The notes under the pieces were generated by a model that was not told the origin of the DNA, made no database searches, and saw nothing but the letters and a program-made list of their open reading frames with translations. A stretch of DNA of 64,000 nt from Candidatus Latescibacterota bacterium (lineage in GTDB: Bacteria > Latescibacterota > UBA2968 > UBA8231), in assembly GCA_965206595.1 (NCBI GenBank), contig OZ242214.1, forward strand, positions 6,304,001 through 6,368,000, read 5' to 3'. The translations under genes were made by a program, and so were the position numbers. Shown one piece after another: positions 9,652-20,813 of the stretch (positions within the stretch are counted from its first letter, which is position 1; each line of letters begins with the position of its first letter).

Positions 9652-10253
9652 CGCACACTGGCTTACCGACCGGCCACAGGATTCACATAGTTGGGAATAG
9701 CTGCGCTGGAAAAAGCACCTTGGGAGCGCAGCTGTCGGCCGCCCTCGGCGTCCCCTTGGTGGAGTTGGACGCGCTCAATTGGCAACCTGGCTGGGTCGCT
9801 CTGAGCGACACAAACCCCGAGGAACTCGAACGGAGAATAGGCGAAGCAACCCGTGGTGATGGATGGGTTGTGGCCGGCTCCTACATGCAATTTTCACAAC
9901 GCATTTTCTGGCCACGCCTGGAGACGATCGTCTGGCTGGATTTGCCCATGGTTCCACTCATCTGGCGAATGCTGATTCGATCGTGGCGTCGCTGGCGGTC
10001 GCAGGAGCCGCTTTGGGGGACAAACTACGAGCGTTTCTGGCCCCAGCTCATGGTCTGGCGCAAGGAGGATTCGCTGCTATGGTGGATTGTCACGCAGCAC
10101 CGGCGCAAGCGTCGCAGTATGCTGGCATATACTACTGAATCGTCTTGGAACCACATACGATTTGTGCGTCTTAGATCTTCTGCTGAGGTCGGGGCGTTTT
10201 CACAGGCTGTGGCACTCAGGACTGACAGCCTGACAGGCCTCAACGAGCTTTGA
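9648..10253 (+). CDS. Adenylate-kinase-like P-loop protein (FlaR/topology modulation family)
   Basis: IHIVGNSCAGKST, ELDALNWQPGW and IVWLDLP motifs. Confidence 0.8.
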   Translation: MTHTGLPTGHRIHIVGNSCAGKSTLGAQLSAALGVPLVELDALNWQPGWVALSDTNPEELERRIGEATRGDGWVVAGSYMQFSQRIFWPRLETIVWLDLPMVPLIWRMLIRSWRRWRSQEPLWGTNYERFWPQLMVWRKEDSLLWWIVTQHRRKRRSMLAYTTESSWNHIRFVRLRSSAEVGAFSQAVALRTDSLTGLNEL

Positions 10254-10270
10254 TCACATGAAGGAGTGAA

Positions 10271-11260
10271 GTGGAATACCGGAGGCTGGGCAATTTGGGT
10301 ATCGAAGTCTCGGTGATGGGTCTGGGTTGCTGGCCCTTCGCGGGCGGCTCGATCTGGGGCGATCAGGACGACGATCAATCGATTGCGACGGTGCGCGCCG
10401 CACTGGACGCGGGCATCAACCTCTTCGACACGGCAGAGGCATACGAGAAAGGTGAGTCCGAGCGTGTTCTCGCACGTGGTCTTGAAGGGAGGCGCCAGCA
10501 GGCGGTGATCGCAACCAAGGTAGCTCCGAACCACCTGACTGCGGAAGGGATCGCGTCCGCCTGCGAGGAGAGCCTCAAAAATCTGAATACGGACTACATC
10601 GACCTGTACCAGATCCACTGGCCAAATCACGACATCCCGATCGACACGTCCTGGCGCGCGCTCGAGGATCTGGTGAGGGAGGGCAAGGTGCGCGCGCTCG
10701 GTGTCGCGAACTTCGCCGTCGGCGACCTGTCCGATCTGATCGAGGTTGGCCGGCCGGAGACGAACCAGCTGCCCTTCAGCCTTCTGTGGCGGGCAATCGA
10801 GTTTGAAATCCTGCCGCTCTGCCGCGAGAGCGCGATCGGGTTGATATGCTACAGTCCGCTGGCGCAGGGGCTGCTGACGGGAAGGTATGCGACGGCTGAC
10901 GAGGTTCCGGAGGGGCTGGCCCGGACGCGATGGTATGCGAGCTCCCGCGCGCAGGCCGGACACGGCGAGCCGGGATGCGAGGCAGCTGTTTTCAGCGCCA
11001 TCTCCGGCATTCGCGAGTTGAGCCGCCAGGTTGGCGCCCCGATGGCGAGCGTGGCACTCGCCTGGGTGAGACAGCAGAGGGGAGTGACATCCTTCCTGGT
11101 CGGCGCCCGGGATGCGGACGAACTGGAGACCAACCTGCCGACGCTTTCGTTGGAGCTCGACGCAGCTACGATGGCCGAGTTAGAACGCCTGACACAACCT
11201 GTCAAAGACGCCATCGGCCGGAACCCTGACATGTGGATGTCCGACTCCCGGATGCGATGA
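10271..11260 (+). CDS. Aldo/keto reductase
   Basis: MGLGCW, FDTAEAY, IATK, DYIDLYQIHWP and YSPLAQGLLTG motifs, with RBS aaggag. Confidence 0.92.
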   Translation: MEYRRLGNLGIEVSVMGLGCWPFAGGSIWGDQDDDQSIATVRAALDAGINLFDTAEAYEKGESERVLARGLEGRRQQAVIATKVAPNHLTAEGIASACEESLKNLNTDYIDLYQIHWPNHDIPIDTSWRALEDLVREGKVRALGVANFAVGDLSDLIEVGRPETNQLPFSLLWRAIEFEILPLCRESAIGLICYSPLAQGLLTGRYATADEVPEGLARTRWYASSRAQAGHGEPGCEAAVFSAISGIRELSRQVGAPMASVALAWVRQQRGVTSFLVGARDADELETNLPTLSLELDAATMAELERLTQPVKDAIGRNPDMWMSDSRMR

Positions 11261-11315
11261 GCCGGGCTGCGCCAGCGCCTCGGGGCTCGTTCGACCAAAG
11301 AGGAGGTAGGCGAAC

Positions 11316-11514
11316 ATGATCAAACAAACTCACACCGTCGTCGACATCGCCATCGTCTGCAGCGACTTCGACAAATCGCTGGAGTTTTATCGCGATCATG
11401 TTCCGCCGCTGCGTGTTTCGCGGCGGCGCAGACACCATGGCCGCGATCGGTGCAATCGATATCGCGCTATGGGACATCAAGGGCAAGGTAGCCGAGCTAC
11501 CCGTCCATTCGCTG
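11316..11514 (+). pseudogene. Chimeric remnant: VOC/glyoxalase N-terminus joined to a mandelate racemase-family fragment
   Basis: [18 protein letters not shown], then in another frame [25 protein letters not shown], cut by the IS630. Confidence 0.6.
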
Positions 11515-12686
11515 CTAGTGTCCTGTCGTGTAATTAACTGTACAAACAATTGAAGGTGCCGTAGGTTTCTCTTATCCCCTTTCTGAAAGGAGAGACCTAT
11601 GGTGACGGGGCGTCCATTACCGCCGTTAGAGCTGAGTCCGTCGGACCGGGAACGATTGGAATCGATGGCCAAATCCCGGAGCCTTTCCCACGGGTTGGTG
11701 CGGCGAGCCGAGATTAGTCTGCTGGGCGCAGAAGGCGGGCCCAATGAAGCCGTCGCCGCCGCCGTGGGTGTGACGCGTGCTACGGTCGGCAAGTGGCGCC
11801 GGCGCTTTCTCGAAAACGGGCTCCAGGGCTTGCATGATGAGCTGCGCTCAGGGGCGCCACGATCGAGTACGGATGAACAGGTAGCCGAGGTGGTATACAA
11901 GACCCTGAAGACCAAGCCCAAAGACGAAACACAGTGGTCGGTGCGCTCCATGGGCGAAGAAACCGGCTTGACCAAGGACGCGGTTCATCGCATTTGGCGC
12001 ACGTATGGTTTGCAGCCCCATCGACACAAGCACTTCAAGCTTTCCACCGATCCTTTCTTTGTCGACAAAGTACGGGATATCGTCGGCTTGTACCTGAATC
12101 CACCCGAGCACGCCCTGGTGCTGTGCGTCGACGAGAAGAGCCGGATCCAGGCGTTGGAACGAAGTCAGCCCATGCTGCCCCTGGGACTGGGATACGTGGA
12201 AGGGATTACGCACGATTACAAGCGCCATGGCACCACCACCCTGTTTGCCGCCTTGGACGTAGCCACCGGGGAAGTGATGACCCAGTGCAAGCCCCGTCAT
12301 CGTCACCAGGAGTTCCTTCAGTTCCTGCGCCACATCGAGGCCCACGTCCCCGCTGACCTCGATATTCATCTCGTCGTCGACAACTACGCCACGCATAAGC
12401 ATGCCAAGGTCAAGCGATGGTTGGCACGGCGTCCCCGATTTCACGTTCACTACACCCCCACCTATGCTTCGTGGCTCAATCAGGTGGAGATCTGGTTCAA
12501 TATCCTTACCCGCCAGGCGGTTCGGCGGGACTCGTTCCGCAAGGTGTCGGAGCTCATCGAGCGCATCGAACGCTACACGGCAAATGGAACGCCAACGCAC
12601 ACCCTTTCGTGTGGACGGCTACGGCCGATTCCATCCTCGCGAAAATCAAGAGACTTTGCGAACGAATCTCTGCGACACAACACTAG
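11515..12686 (+). mobile_element. IS630-family insertion sequence
   Basis: Ends ctagtgtcctgtcg / cgacacaacactag are imperfect inverted repeats with cTAg at both flanks. Confidence 0.9.
11599..12686 (+). CDS. IS630 transposase with a 1-nt frameshift near the C-terminus
   Basis: HTH region, [36 protein letters not shown] and SWLNQVE motifs. The expected end [15 protein letters not shown]...TQH* is in another frame after ~12583. Confidence 0.85.
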
Positions 12687-13397
12687 GGAATGACTAATTA
12701 TGTCAACTCTGTTTTGTATGCAGCGGTCTTTTGCGTTTTCAAGGTCAACCAAATTCCCCACTTTAAAGAGGTAGAGCTCGGCTCCTTGTGCCATGTCGTG
12801 GATGATCTCGGAACATGCCGTGCCATGAAAAGAATCTCCGGCGTACATTCCTTCATCCGTATAGTCGAGATACAACCAACTCGCCGGCATTTCTCCAGGC
12901 ATTTCGTCAGCCCCTCTGAATCCCACATCGACAATGGCCACCTTGACCCCTTGGCCTCTTACACCCGCGAAGTAATTATCATACGCATTGATGAGCCACC
13001 CGCCTTCACTCCAAATCTCCTGCTGCGCGTGCGGCCGAATCGGCTTGCGGACAAAGCTGACCCCCGGTATCTCCGAAATTGCCAGCAGCGACGATGCCGG
13101 GACGGAAACCCGCATCAGGCTCTTTGACCGGGCAAGCATATTTACCCCGAGGCCTGCGTAGGAGGAGGTGTCGATGGAGGCCGAGCCCATTTCGGGATAG
13201 GGGACCAAGGTGACGACGACCGTATCCTCCGTGGCCGAATCAGTTGCCTTTGCCGCGGCCTGTTCCGTTGCGGCCAGATTCCACAACGAGCTCTGAATTT
13301 TCGCGGGTCCCTCTGGCCGTGGGGGAGTGAAATCCAGGGACTGGGCACATAGCAGCGGCACATATCCAGTCCCTACCACAAAGAACACTTGAATCAT
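12687..13397 (-). pseudogene. S8 (subtilisin-like) peptidase, truncated by IS630
   Basis: VKVAIVDVGF (catalytic Asp) and HGTAC (His). The frame runs into the IS end after VDIISHS and the Ser motif is missing. Start is approximate. Confidence 0.75.
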
Positions 13398-13579
13398 CCA
13401 GGGCGGGCAGGACCGGATTGACAAGTTGAGATTTCGGAATTTGTGCACGAAACATCCTTTTGTTGGAGTTTCCACCACAGTCGCTAACATACCATGCTCG
13501 CACCTGAACTTCGAGCACCGACCATGAAACCGGAAACAGGCGCGAAAATGGTCCACCACCTTCCCGGAGCAAGAACACC

Positions 13580-14575
13580 GTGAGATTCGGAATCATCGGC
13601 TGCGGCTCCATAGCCGAGCACTCGTTCGGGCCGAGTCTGCTGGCGTCGCAACGGAACGAGTTGGCCGCCGTCTGCCGGCGCGACCTGTCGGCAGCCCGGG
13701 CCTTCGCCGCCCGCTTCGGCAGCCCGCGCGCCTACGCTTCGGCCGCCGAGCTGGTGCGCGACGAACGGGTGCAGGCCGTCATCGTCTCGACCCCGACCGA
13801 TACCCATCGCGACTACACCTGCCTCGCCGCGGAGTACGGAAAGCACGTGCTCTGCGAGAAGCCGATGGCGAGGGACGCCGCCGAGTGCCGGGAGATGATG
13901 GCCGCCTGCCGGGACAACGGCGTCACCCTGGCGGTCGCCTACCGCCGGCGCACCTGCCCGCAGGTGGTCGCCGCCAAGCGTCTGATCGCCGCGGGGCGCA
14001 TCGGCCGGGTGGTTTTCGCCCGCACCCATTACAGCGGCCGCTGGGACCCGCAACCGGGGGACTGGCGGATCGAGCCGGGCATCGGCGGCGCCATGATGGA
14101 GATGGCCTCCCACCGCATCGAGGTGCTGCTGAACTTCGGCGGCCGGCCGCGGTCGGTGAGCGCCGCGGTCGGCACGGTCGACCACGACTGGCCGGTCGAC
14201 GACACCGACGCCCTGATCGTGCGCTTCGAGGACGGCGGGATCGGCATGCACTCGACGATCCTGACCTCGCCGCCGCGCCACGACTTCGCCCAGATCGACG
14301 GGGACCGCGGCAGGATCCTGATCGACCCGCTGGAGCTCAATGCCGATCACCTGCTCCTGGAGCTGCCGGAGGGGACCGAGCGGATCGCCGTGGAGCCCCT
14401 GCAGGAGAAGCTGTTCGACCTGCCGATGGTCGAGGATTTCGCCGCGGCCGCGGAGTCGGGTGAGAAACCGGTCTGCGACGCCGAGAGCGGCTACTGGGTG
14501 CAGGCGGTCGCCGACGCCGCCCGCGCCGCTTCGGCCTCCGGCACCGAGGTCGCGGTCGAACCCCCGGGCCTCTGA
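13580..14575 (+). CDS. Gfo/Idh/MocA family oxidoreductase
   Basis: RFGIIGCGSIA, GKHVLCEKPMA and GGAMMEMASH motifs. Confidence 0.92.
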   Translation: MRFGIIGCGSIAEHSFGPSLLASQRNELAAVCRRDLSAARAFAARFGSPRAYASAAELVRDERVQAVIVSTPTDTHRDYTCLAAEYGKHVLCEKPMARDAAECREMMAACRDNGVTLAVAYRRRTCPQVVAAKRLIAAGRIGRVVFARTHYSGRWDPQPGDWRIEPGIGGAMMEMASHRIEVLLNFGGRPRSVSAAVGTVDHDWPVDDTDALIVRFEDGGIGMHSTILTSPPRHDFAQIDGDRGRILIDPLELNADHLLLELPEGTERIAVEPLQEKLFDLPMVEDFAAAAESGEKPVCDAESGYWVQAVADAARAASASGTEVAVEPPGL

Positions 14576-14577
14576 GG

Positions 14578-15777
14578 GTGGCGGGAAGCGACGCCGCGCA
14601 AGCGCCCGCGGCCGGCAGCGCCCCGTTCGACCGCAGGTCGGTGGTCCTGGTGGCCGCCGCGACCTTCGCCTTCTGGCTGTCGCTGTACATCTACGTTCCG
14701 GTGTTCCCCCTGCACGCCGAGGAGCTCGGGGCCAGCCTGTCGATGGTCGGCCTCGTGGTCTCCTCCTACGCCATCGCCCAGCTGCTTCTGCGCATCCCGA
14801 TCGGGGTGGCCGCCGATATCCTGGGGCGCCGCAAGCCGTTCGCCGCCGCGGCCCTGGCCTGCGCCACCGCCGGGGCCATCGGGTTGGCCCTTGCCCCCGG
14901 TCCGTGGTCCCTGTTCGCCGCCCGCACCCTGGTCGGGGTCGGGGGCGCCGGCTGGGTGGCGGTCAGCGTGCTGTTCTCCTCGTACTACGCCGCCGACCGC
15001 AGCGGCCACGCCATGGCCCGGGTGATGACGATCAACTCGGTCGGGCTGCTGGCGGCGACCTTCAGCGGGGGACTGATCTCCGAGTATTTCGGCGCCGACG
15101 CGGCCTTCTACACCGCCGCGGCCTGCGGCGCCTGCGGCACCGTGCTGATGTTGATGGCGCGCGAACCCCGGCAGATCCGCTCCGGCTCCTACTCGGCCGC
15201 GACCTTCCGGCGCGTGGCGCGCATCCCCCTGCTGCTGCTCGCCGGCGCCATCGGCATTCTCGCGCAGTTCGTTACCTTTGCGGGGAGCTTCGGGTTCGTG
15301 CCCCTGTACGCGGAGCGCATCGGCGCCAGCGACGCCGAGGTGGGGTACGTCACCACGGCCATGCTGATCGGCCAGCTCTTCGGCACCATGGCGACGACGC
15401 GGATCGCCCGCTGCTGCGGAATTCGCGCGGCCCTGTTTCTCGCCTCCGGGCTCGTCGGCGCCAGCCTGGTTGTCGTTCCCGCCATCGCCTCGGTGTGGCT
15501 GCTGATGGCCCTGCAGGGGATGGGAGGGATGGCGCGCGGAATCGTCAACACCCTGCTGATCTCCCTCAGCCTGCGGGCGGTCGCCCCCGAGGATCGCGCC
15601 ACCGGAATGGGGATCTACCAGGCAATCTACGCCGCCGGCATGCTGGCGGGCCCGGTGGCCTCGGGGTACCTGGCGCAGGCGTCGTCGCTGGCCGCGGTCT
15701 TCTACCTGCTCACCGCGGTTTCGCTCGCCGCAGGTCTTCTCGGGCTGTTGCCGGCGATCCCGCGGCGCCCCGGGTGA
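14578..15777 (+). CDS. MFS transporter
   Basis: About 12 hydrophobic segments and motif A GVAADILGRRK. Confidence 0.9.
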   Translation: MAGSDAAQAPAAGSAPFDRRSVVLVAAATFAFWLSLYIYVPVFPLHAEELGASLSMVGLVVSSYAIAQLLLRIPIGVAADILGRRKPFAAAALACATAGAIGLALAPGPWSLFAARTLVGVGGAGWVAVSVLFSSYYAADRSGHAMARVMTINSVGLLAATFSGGLISEYFGADAAFYTAAACGACGTVLMLMAREPRQIRSGSYSAATFRRVARIPLLLLAGAIGILAQFVTFAGSFGFVPLYAERIGASDAEVGYVTTAMLIGQLFGTMATTRIARCCGIRAALFLASGLVGASLVVVPAIASVWLLMALQGMGGMARGIVNTLLISLSLRAVAPEDRATGMGIYQAIYAAGMLAGPVASGYLAQASSLAAVFYLLTAVSLAAGLLGLLPAIPRRPG

Positions 15778-15891
15778 GGGGCCTGCGGCCAGACCGGAAA
15801 AACCCCGGATCCGCCGGAATCCGACAGCCGCACCATCCGCGAGCCGCAGGGCGCGGGGCCTGCCCATTCAAAACCAACCACGGACTGGCAG

Positions 15892-17493
15892 ATGAACGAA
15901 ATGACCCTCGACGAGCTGACCTTCGACAACCGCTTCACCCGCGAGCTGCCGGGGGATCCGGAGCCGGCGAACCACCGCCGCCAGGTGACGGGGGCCTGCT
16001 ACTCCCGGGTGCTGCCGGTGCAGGTGCGCGCACCGCGGCTGGTCGCGCACTCGCGCGAGATGGCGGCCGAGCTCGGCCTGTCCGACCGCTTCGTCGCTTC
16101 GCAGGAGTTCGCCCGGATCTTTTGCGGCAACGCCGTCGCCGAGGGCATGGACCCTTTCGCGATGTGCTACGGCGGCCACCAGTTCGGCACCTGGGCCGGC
16201 CAGCTCGGGGACGGGCGCGCCATCAACCTCGGGGAGGTGGTCGTCGAGGGGGACCGGCGCTGGGTCCTGCAGTTGAAAGGGGCCGGGCCGACCCCGTACT
16301 CGCGCAGCGCCGACGGCCTCGCGGTGATGCGCTCGTCGGTCCGGGAGTTCCTCTGCAGCGAGGCGATGTTCCACCTCGGGGTGCCGACGACGCGGGCCCT
16401 GAGCCTAGTGGCGACCGGGGAGGAGGTGGTGCGCGACATGTTCTACGACGGCCACCCGGAGAACGAGCCGGGCGCGGTCGTCTGCCGCGTCTCCCCCTCG
16501 TTCACGCGCTTCGGCAACTTCGAGATCTTCGCCGCCCGCGGCGAGACCGCGGTGCTGAAGCAGCTCGCCGACTACACGGTGCGCACCGACTTCCCCCACC
16601 TCGGGGCCCCATCGCCGGAGGTTTACCTGCGGATGTTCGAGGAGGTCTGCCGCACCACCGCGGAGATGATCGCCCACTGGATGCGGGTCGGGTTCGTCCA
16701 CGGCGTCATGAACACCGACAACATGTCCATCCTCGGCCTCACCATCGACTACGGCCCGTACGGGTGGCTCGAGGGGTACGACTCCGGCTGGACCCCGAAC
16801 ACCACCGACGCCGGCGGCCGGCGCTACCGGTTCGGCGGCCAGCCGCAGATCGCCTGGTGGAACCTCGGGCAGTTGGGGCGCGCCCTGGTCCCCCTGCTCG
16901 AAGAGGTGGAGCCGCTGCAGGAGCTGCTCGACGCCTACCCGCAGGTGTACGAGGGGAAATACCGGAAGATGATGGCCGCCAAGCTGGGGCTGAGCGCCTT
17001 CGATGCCGATACCGACCCCGCCCTGATCGAGGAGTTGGAGGCGGTGCTGCAACTGGTCGAGACCGACATGACCCTGTTCTACCGCGGCCTCGCCGACCTC
17101 GACGCCTCCCCGGAGCAGGCAACCGACGACGAGCTGATCGCTTTTGTCTCCGAAGCCTGTTACGAGCGGGAAAAGCTGTGCGGCGACCCGCTCCATCGCA
17201 CCGCGGAGTGGCTGCGCAACTATCTGCGCCGCTGCGCCCGCGATTGCATCCCAGCCGCCGAGAGGCGCCGGCGCATGAACGCCGTCAATCCCAGGTACGT
17301 CCTGCGCAACTACCTGGCTCAGCTCGCCATCGACGAAGCCGAGGCCGGGGAGTTCGCCAAGGTCGCAGAGCTTCTGGAGGTGATGCGGCGGCCGTACGAG
17401 GAGCAGCCGGAAAGAGAGGCGGAGTACGCGCAGAAACGGCCGGAGTGGGCGCGGCACCGGGCGGGCTGCTCGATGCTCTCCTGCAGCTCCTGA
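15892..17493 (+). CDS. selO: Protein adenylyltransferase SelO/YdiU
   Basis: YGGHQFG.WAGQLGDGRA, QLKGAGPTPYSR, GFVHGVMNTDNMSI, IDYGPYG and the C-terminal CSMLSCSS. Confidence 0.95.
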   Translation: MNEMTLDELTFDNRFTRELPGDPEPANHRRQVTGACYSRVLPVQVRAPRLVAHSREMAAELGLSDRFVASQEFARIFCGNAVAEGMDPFAMCYGGHQFGTWAGQLGDGRAINLGEVVVEGDRRWVLQLKGAGPTPYSRSADGLAVMRSSVREFLCSEAMFHLGVPTTRALSLVATGEEVVRDMFYDGHPENEPGAVVCRVSPSFTRFGNFEIFAARGETAVLKQLADYTVRTDFPHLGAPSPEVYLRMFEEVCRTTAEMIAHWMRVGFVHGVMNTDNMSILGLTIDYGPYGWLEGYDSGWTPNTTDAGGRRYRFGGQPQIAWWNLGQLGRALVPLLEEVEPLQELLDAYPQVYEGKYRKMMAAKLGLSAFDADTDPALIEELEAVLQLVETDMTLFYRGLADLDASPEQATDDELIAFVSEACYEREKLCGDPLHRTAEWLRNYLRRCARDCIPAAERRRRMNAVNPRYVLRNYLAQLAIDEAEAGEFAKVAELLEVMRRPYEEQPEREAEYAQKRPEWARHRAGCSMLSCSS

Positions 17494-17722
17494 GCGGCGC
17501 CGGAATCCGCACGGGTGGAAACACCAGGACCAGGATTCAAGCTGCTCGCGAGACCGCTGACGATGAGACCACGCTGCCCGGCAACCTGCCTGCCACGAAC
17601 CCTCCTCCGGGCCGCCTGGTACCCTGCGCGCGCAAACAAGCGTACGATCGAGGGCGGCCGAATTCACGCGAAATTGCGCGCATAAGCACTGGACCCGGAA
17701 AGGAACCGCAGCCCGCGGACTG

Positions 17723-19051
17723 ATGTCGCAGCAGACGACCGGAACCCTGGAAGAGCAGCGTGCGGCGCGGGAGGCTGGCGAGCGCGGACAGCGGCGCTTG
17801 CTGCAGTACCTGGCCACCGGGTCGACGGTCGGCGCCTTCATGATGCAGAGCGGGCCGCTGTTTCTGCTCGCGCTGGGAGCCGGCCCTTTCCTGATCGGGC
17901 TGCTGGCGACGGCGACCAGCATCGGCAACACCTCCCGCTTGGTGGGGGTGAAGCTGATGCCGCGGTTTGGCAAGGCGCGCCTGATGGGAACCGCCCGTCT
18001 CGCCAGCGGTTTCTTCCTGCTGCTGCTGGTGCCGCTGGCGCTCTACGCCGGCCCCGGAATCGCCTGGGCCGCCCTCGTGCTGCTGGTCCTGCGGCAGTCG
18101 ATGGTGCAGGTCGGCGGCAGCGCCTGGTGGCCCCTCGTCCAGGACAACACCCCGAAGTCGGGACTGGCCTCCTTCATCACCCGCATGCGCGCGACCCAGC
18201 GGCTCTGCACTCTCGGCGTGCCCCTGCTCGCCGGCTGGTACCTCGGCACGCAGCCGGACGCCAGCCGTTTCGCCCTGCCCTTCGCGCTCGCCCTGATTCT
18301 GGTGGTTGCCAGCAGCCGGGCCGTGATGCGGGCCCCGGAGAAGCCCCTGCCGCGCCCGCGGGAAGCGCTCTGGAAGCGGATCGCCGAGGTCCTGCGGGAG
18401 CCGGCAATCCGCCGCTACTGCGGCTGTTTCGGCATCACCTGTTTCGTCGAGACCGCGACCTTGCCGTTCTGGGTGGTGGCGCTGACCGAACGCGGCCTGC
18501 CGGTCAACTACTACGTCTGGATGCTCTCGCTGATGGGTGCCGGCGAGCTGCTGACGCTCTACCTGTGGGGGCGGCTGGTCGAGAGGCACGGCAGCCGGCC
18601 GGCGTTGACCGCGTCGCTGCTGCTGATGGCGGCCCTCGGGGGGGCCTGGCTGATACTGCCCTCCCGGACGGGGCCGCTGGCCGCGTGGGCCGCGGTCTAT
18701 TTCCTGGTCTGGGGGATGCTGCACGCCGGCTACACCTTCGGCCAGACGCGGGCGATGATGGATGCGGTGCCGCAGGGGAACCAGGGGGAGGGGTTCGCCG
18801 TGCCCAACTTCGTTCTCGCCTGGGCCTCCGGGCTCGGCGGCTTCGCCGGGGGGCTGCTGTTCGCCCAGCTGTCGACGCTGGAGATCGAATCGAGTACCGT
18901 CGCAGCAACGCACTGGTACCTGGCCGGGACGCAGCTGCTGTTCGTCGCCGGCTGGGTGGCGAGCAGGAAGCTCGTGGGCCGCGATCTGCAGACTCCGATG
19001 AAGGAGCTTATGCAGCGGGCCGTGCGGCGGCGGCGAAGAATCAGGCAGTGA
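17723..19051 (+). CDS. MFS-type transporter
   Basis: Multiple TM helices and a WGRLVERHGSRP motif-A-like loop. Confidence 0.8.
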   Translation: MSQQTTGTLEEQRAAREAGERGQRRLLQYLATGSTVGAFMMQSGPLFLLALGAGPFLIGLLATATSIGNTSRLVGVKLMPRFGKARLMGTARLASGFFLLLLVPLALYAGPGIAWAALVLLVLRQSMVQVGGSAWWPLVQDNTPKSGLASFITRMRATQRLCTLGVPLLAGWYLGTQPDASRFALPFALALILVVASSRAVMRAPEKPLPRPREALWKRIAEVLREPAIRRYCGCFGITCFVETATLPFWVVALTERGLPVNYYVWMLSLMGAGELLTLYLWGRLVERHGSRPALTASLLLMAALGGAWLILPSRTGPLAAWAAVYFLVWGMLHAGYTFGQTRAMMDAVPQGNQGEGFAVPNFVLAWASGLGGFAGGLLFAQLSTLEIESSTVAATHWYLAGTQLLFVAGWVASRKLVGRDLQTPMKELMQRAVRRRRRIRQ

Positions 19052-19077
19052 CCGGACCATCGCAAAGGAGGATGCAG

Positions 19078-20061
19078 ATGCACGTCGGGACGCAGCAATT
19101 CAACACCTCGGACGAAGACCTCGAGTACCTGGCGCGCCACGGGGTATTCAACAAGAACGAGAACTTCATCACCTTCCACCGGGAATACGGCTGGGACGTC
19201 GCCGAGCTGAAGCAGAAGAAGGAGAAGTGCGCCCGCTTCGGCATCGACATGGAGATGGTGGCGATCCCGATCGCCCAGCTCAACGCCTCCGGTGGCGAGG
19301 TCCCCAACTACATGCTCGGCAACCGCGAGGAAGGGGACCGGGAGATCGAGCTGGTCTGCAACATGCTCCGCCAGGCCGCCGAGGCCGGCATCCCCGCGGT
19401 CAAGTACTACCTGTGCGCCATGGAGAACCAGCGCACCGAGAGCACCCCTCCCGGCCGCGGCAACTCCGTGTACAGCACCTGGGATCTCGAGCAGGCGCAG
19501 GACCGCGGGCCGCGCTTCGACAACCCGGTCACTGCGGAGATGAACTGGGAGCGGATCACATATTTCTTGGAGCGCGTGGTCCCGGTGGCCGAGGAGTGCC
19601 GGGTGCGCATGGCCTGCCACCCGTGCGATCCCTGGCTGCCTCCCGGGTACCGGGGCGTCGACCGGGTCCTGGGCGGGCCCGAGGGGTTCAAGCGCTTCAT
19701 CGAGATCGTCCCGAGCGACTACTGCGGGGTCAACCTCTGCCTCGGCTGCATGGCCGAGGCCTCGACCGATCCCTGCAACGAAGTGCCCGAGATCATCCGC
19801 TTCTTCGGCAGCCGCGGAAAGATCTTCCTCTGCCACTTCCGCAACATCGTCGGCGGCCGCAACAAGTTCCAGGAAGTCTGGCCCGACGAGGGGGTGATGA
19901 ACATGCACCGCAACATGCAGGCGCTGAAGGAGGTGGGGTACCGGCACATGTGCGTGCCCGACCACGCCCCGGGCCACAAGGAGCCCGGTGCAGGGCGCCA
20001 GGCGTTCGCCTACGAGTTCGGCTACATCAAAGCGATGATACAGGCGGTGATGGACGAGTAG
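19078..20061 (+). CDS. Mannonate dehydratase (UxuA) family protein
   Basis: YFLERVVPVAEE..VRMACHPCDP, HFRNI, EG.MNM and PDHAP motifs. RBS aaggagg at ~19065. Confidence 0.85.
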   Translation: MHVGTQQFNTSDEDLEYLARHGVFNKNENFITFHREYGWDVAELKQKKEKCARFGIDMEMVAIPIAQLNASGGEVPNYMLGNREEGDREIELVCNMLRQAAEAGIPAVKYYLCAMENQRTESTPPGRGNSVYSTWDLEQAQDRGPRFDNPVTAEMNWERITYFLERVVPVAEECRVRMACHPCDPWLPPGYRGVDRVLGGPEGFKRFIEIVPSDYCGVNLCLGCMAEASTDPCNEVPEIIRFFGSRGKIFLCHFRNIVGGRNKFQEVWPDEGVMNMHRNMQALKEVGYRHMCVPDHAPGHKEPGAGRQAFAYEFGYIKAMIQAVMDE

Positions 20062-20141
20062 GAGGCACTGCGGAGCTGCAGGCGAGGGCGGGCAACGAAC
20101 AGCGGCTCAGGGACCTTGGTTCCTTCGTGCGAGTGAAAACC

Positions 20142-20411
20142 GGGACTCACCAAGGCTCCGTCGACGAGGGCAACCATACCAACTGTCTCGACGAGTTTGT
20201 GTTCCGCTTCAATCGCCGCCGCTCGCAGCCGGGTCATGGGGTATATCGCGCGCTCGAGCTGGCTGTCGCCCACGGACCGGTGCTCTATCAGGACCTCGTC
20301 GCTAACCGGCGCCCCCGCAAAGTACCACCCGTGCCATCGACCCAACGTGGACGCCCGGCGGCAAGCCGACCGTGGCGGGCCATCAAGAGCGGGTCGAGTT
20401 GAATGGATACC
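20142..20411 (+). mobile_element. IS1595-family transposase C-terminal remnant
   Basis: GTHQGSV...LDEFVFRFNRR motif, followed by a terminal-like ...gaatggatacc. Confidence 0.65.
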
Positions 20412-20813
20412 TCAAGCAGCCTTATACGGCCTCTCCAATGGACGCCCTTGGAGCCCCAAGCACTTAAAAAACTTTCTCGAAATTCCTGTGTGCCCCGAGC
20501 AGGTGTGCAAGCCGAGATGTCGCTGGCAGTGTCAGCCCTCGCGGTCGTATTCTGTTCGCCCGGCGTCCCCGCCTGTGTGGTACACGTACACGCCTAAAAA
20601 AACCGACCAGTAACGGACATTTCCTGTCCGCTTGGAACGTAACTTATGACCGCCGTAAGGCAGATCAGCCAGGGACAGTTCGCCTTCCTGATCTTCGGAC
20701 GGCTGCCGGATCACCTTCGTATCCGACCGTGACGGACATGAGGAGGTGTATGTGAATGGAATAAACCTGCGCTCTCCGACAGCTAGTCCCTCTTTACAGG
20801 AGAAAACGCAGAA

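Noticed and set aside
17480-17530. Selenocysteine read-through at the selO TGA
   Set aside because: The protein already ends in the standard bacterial CSS, with Cys at the position of eukaryotic Sec, so TGA is a normal stop.
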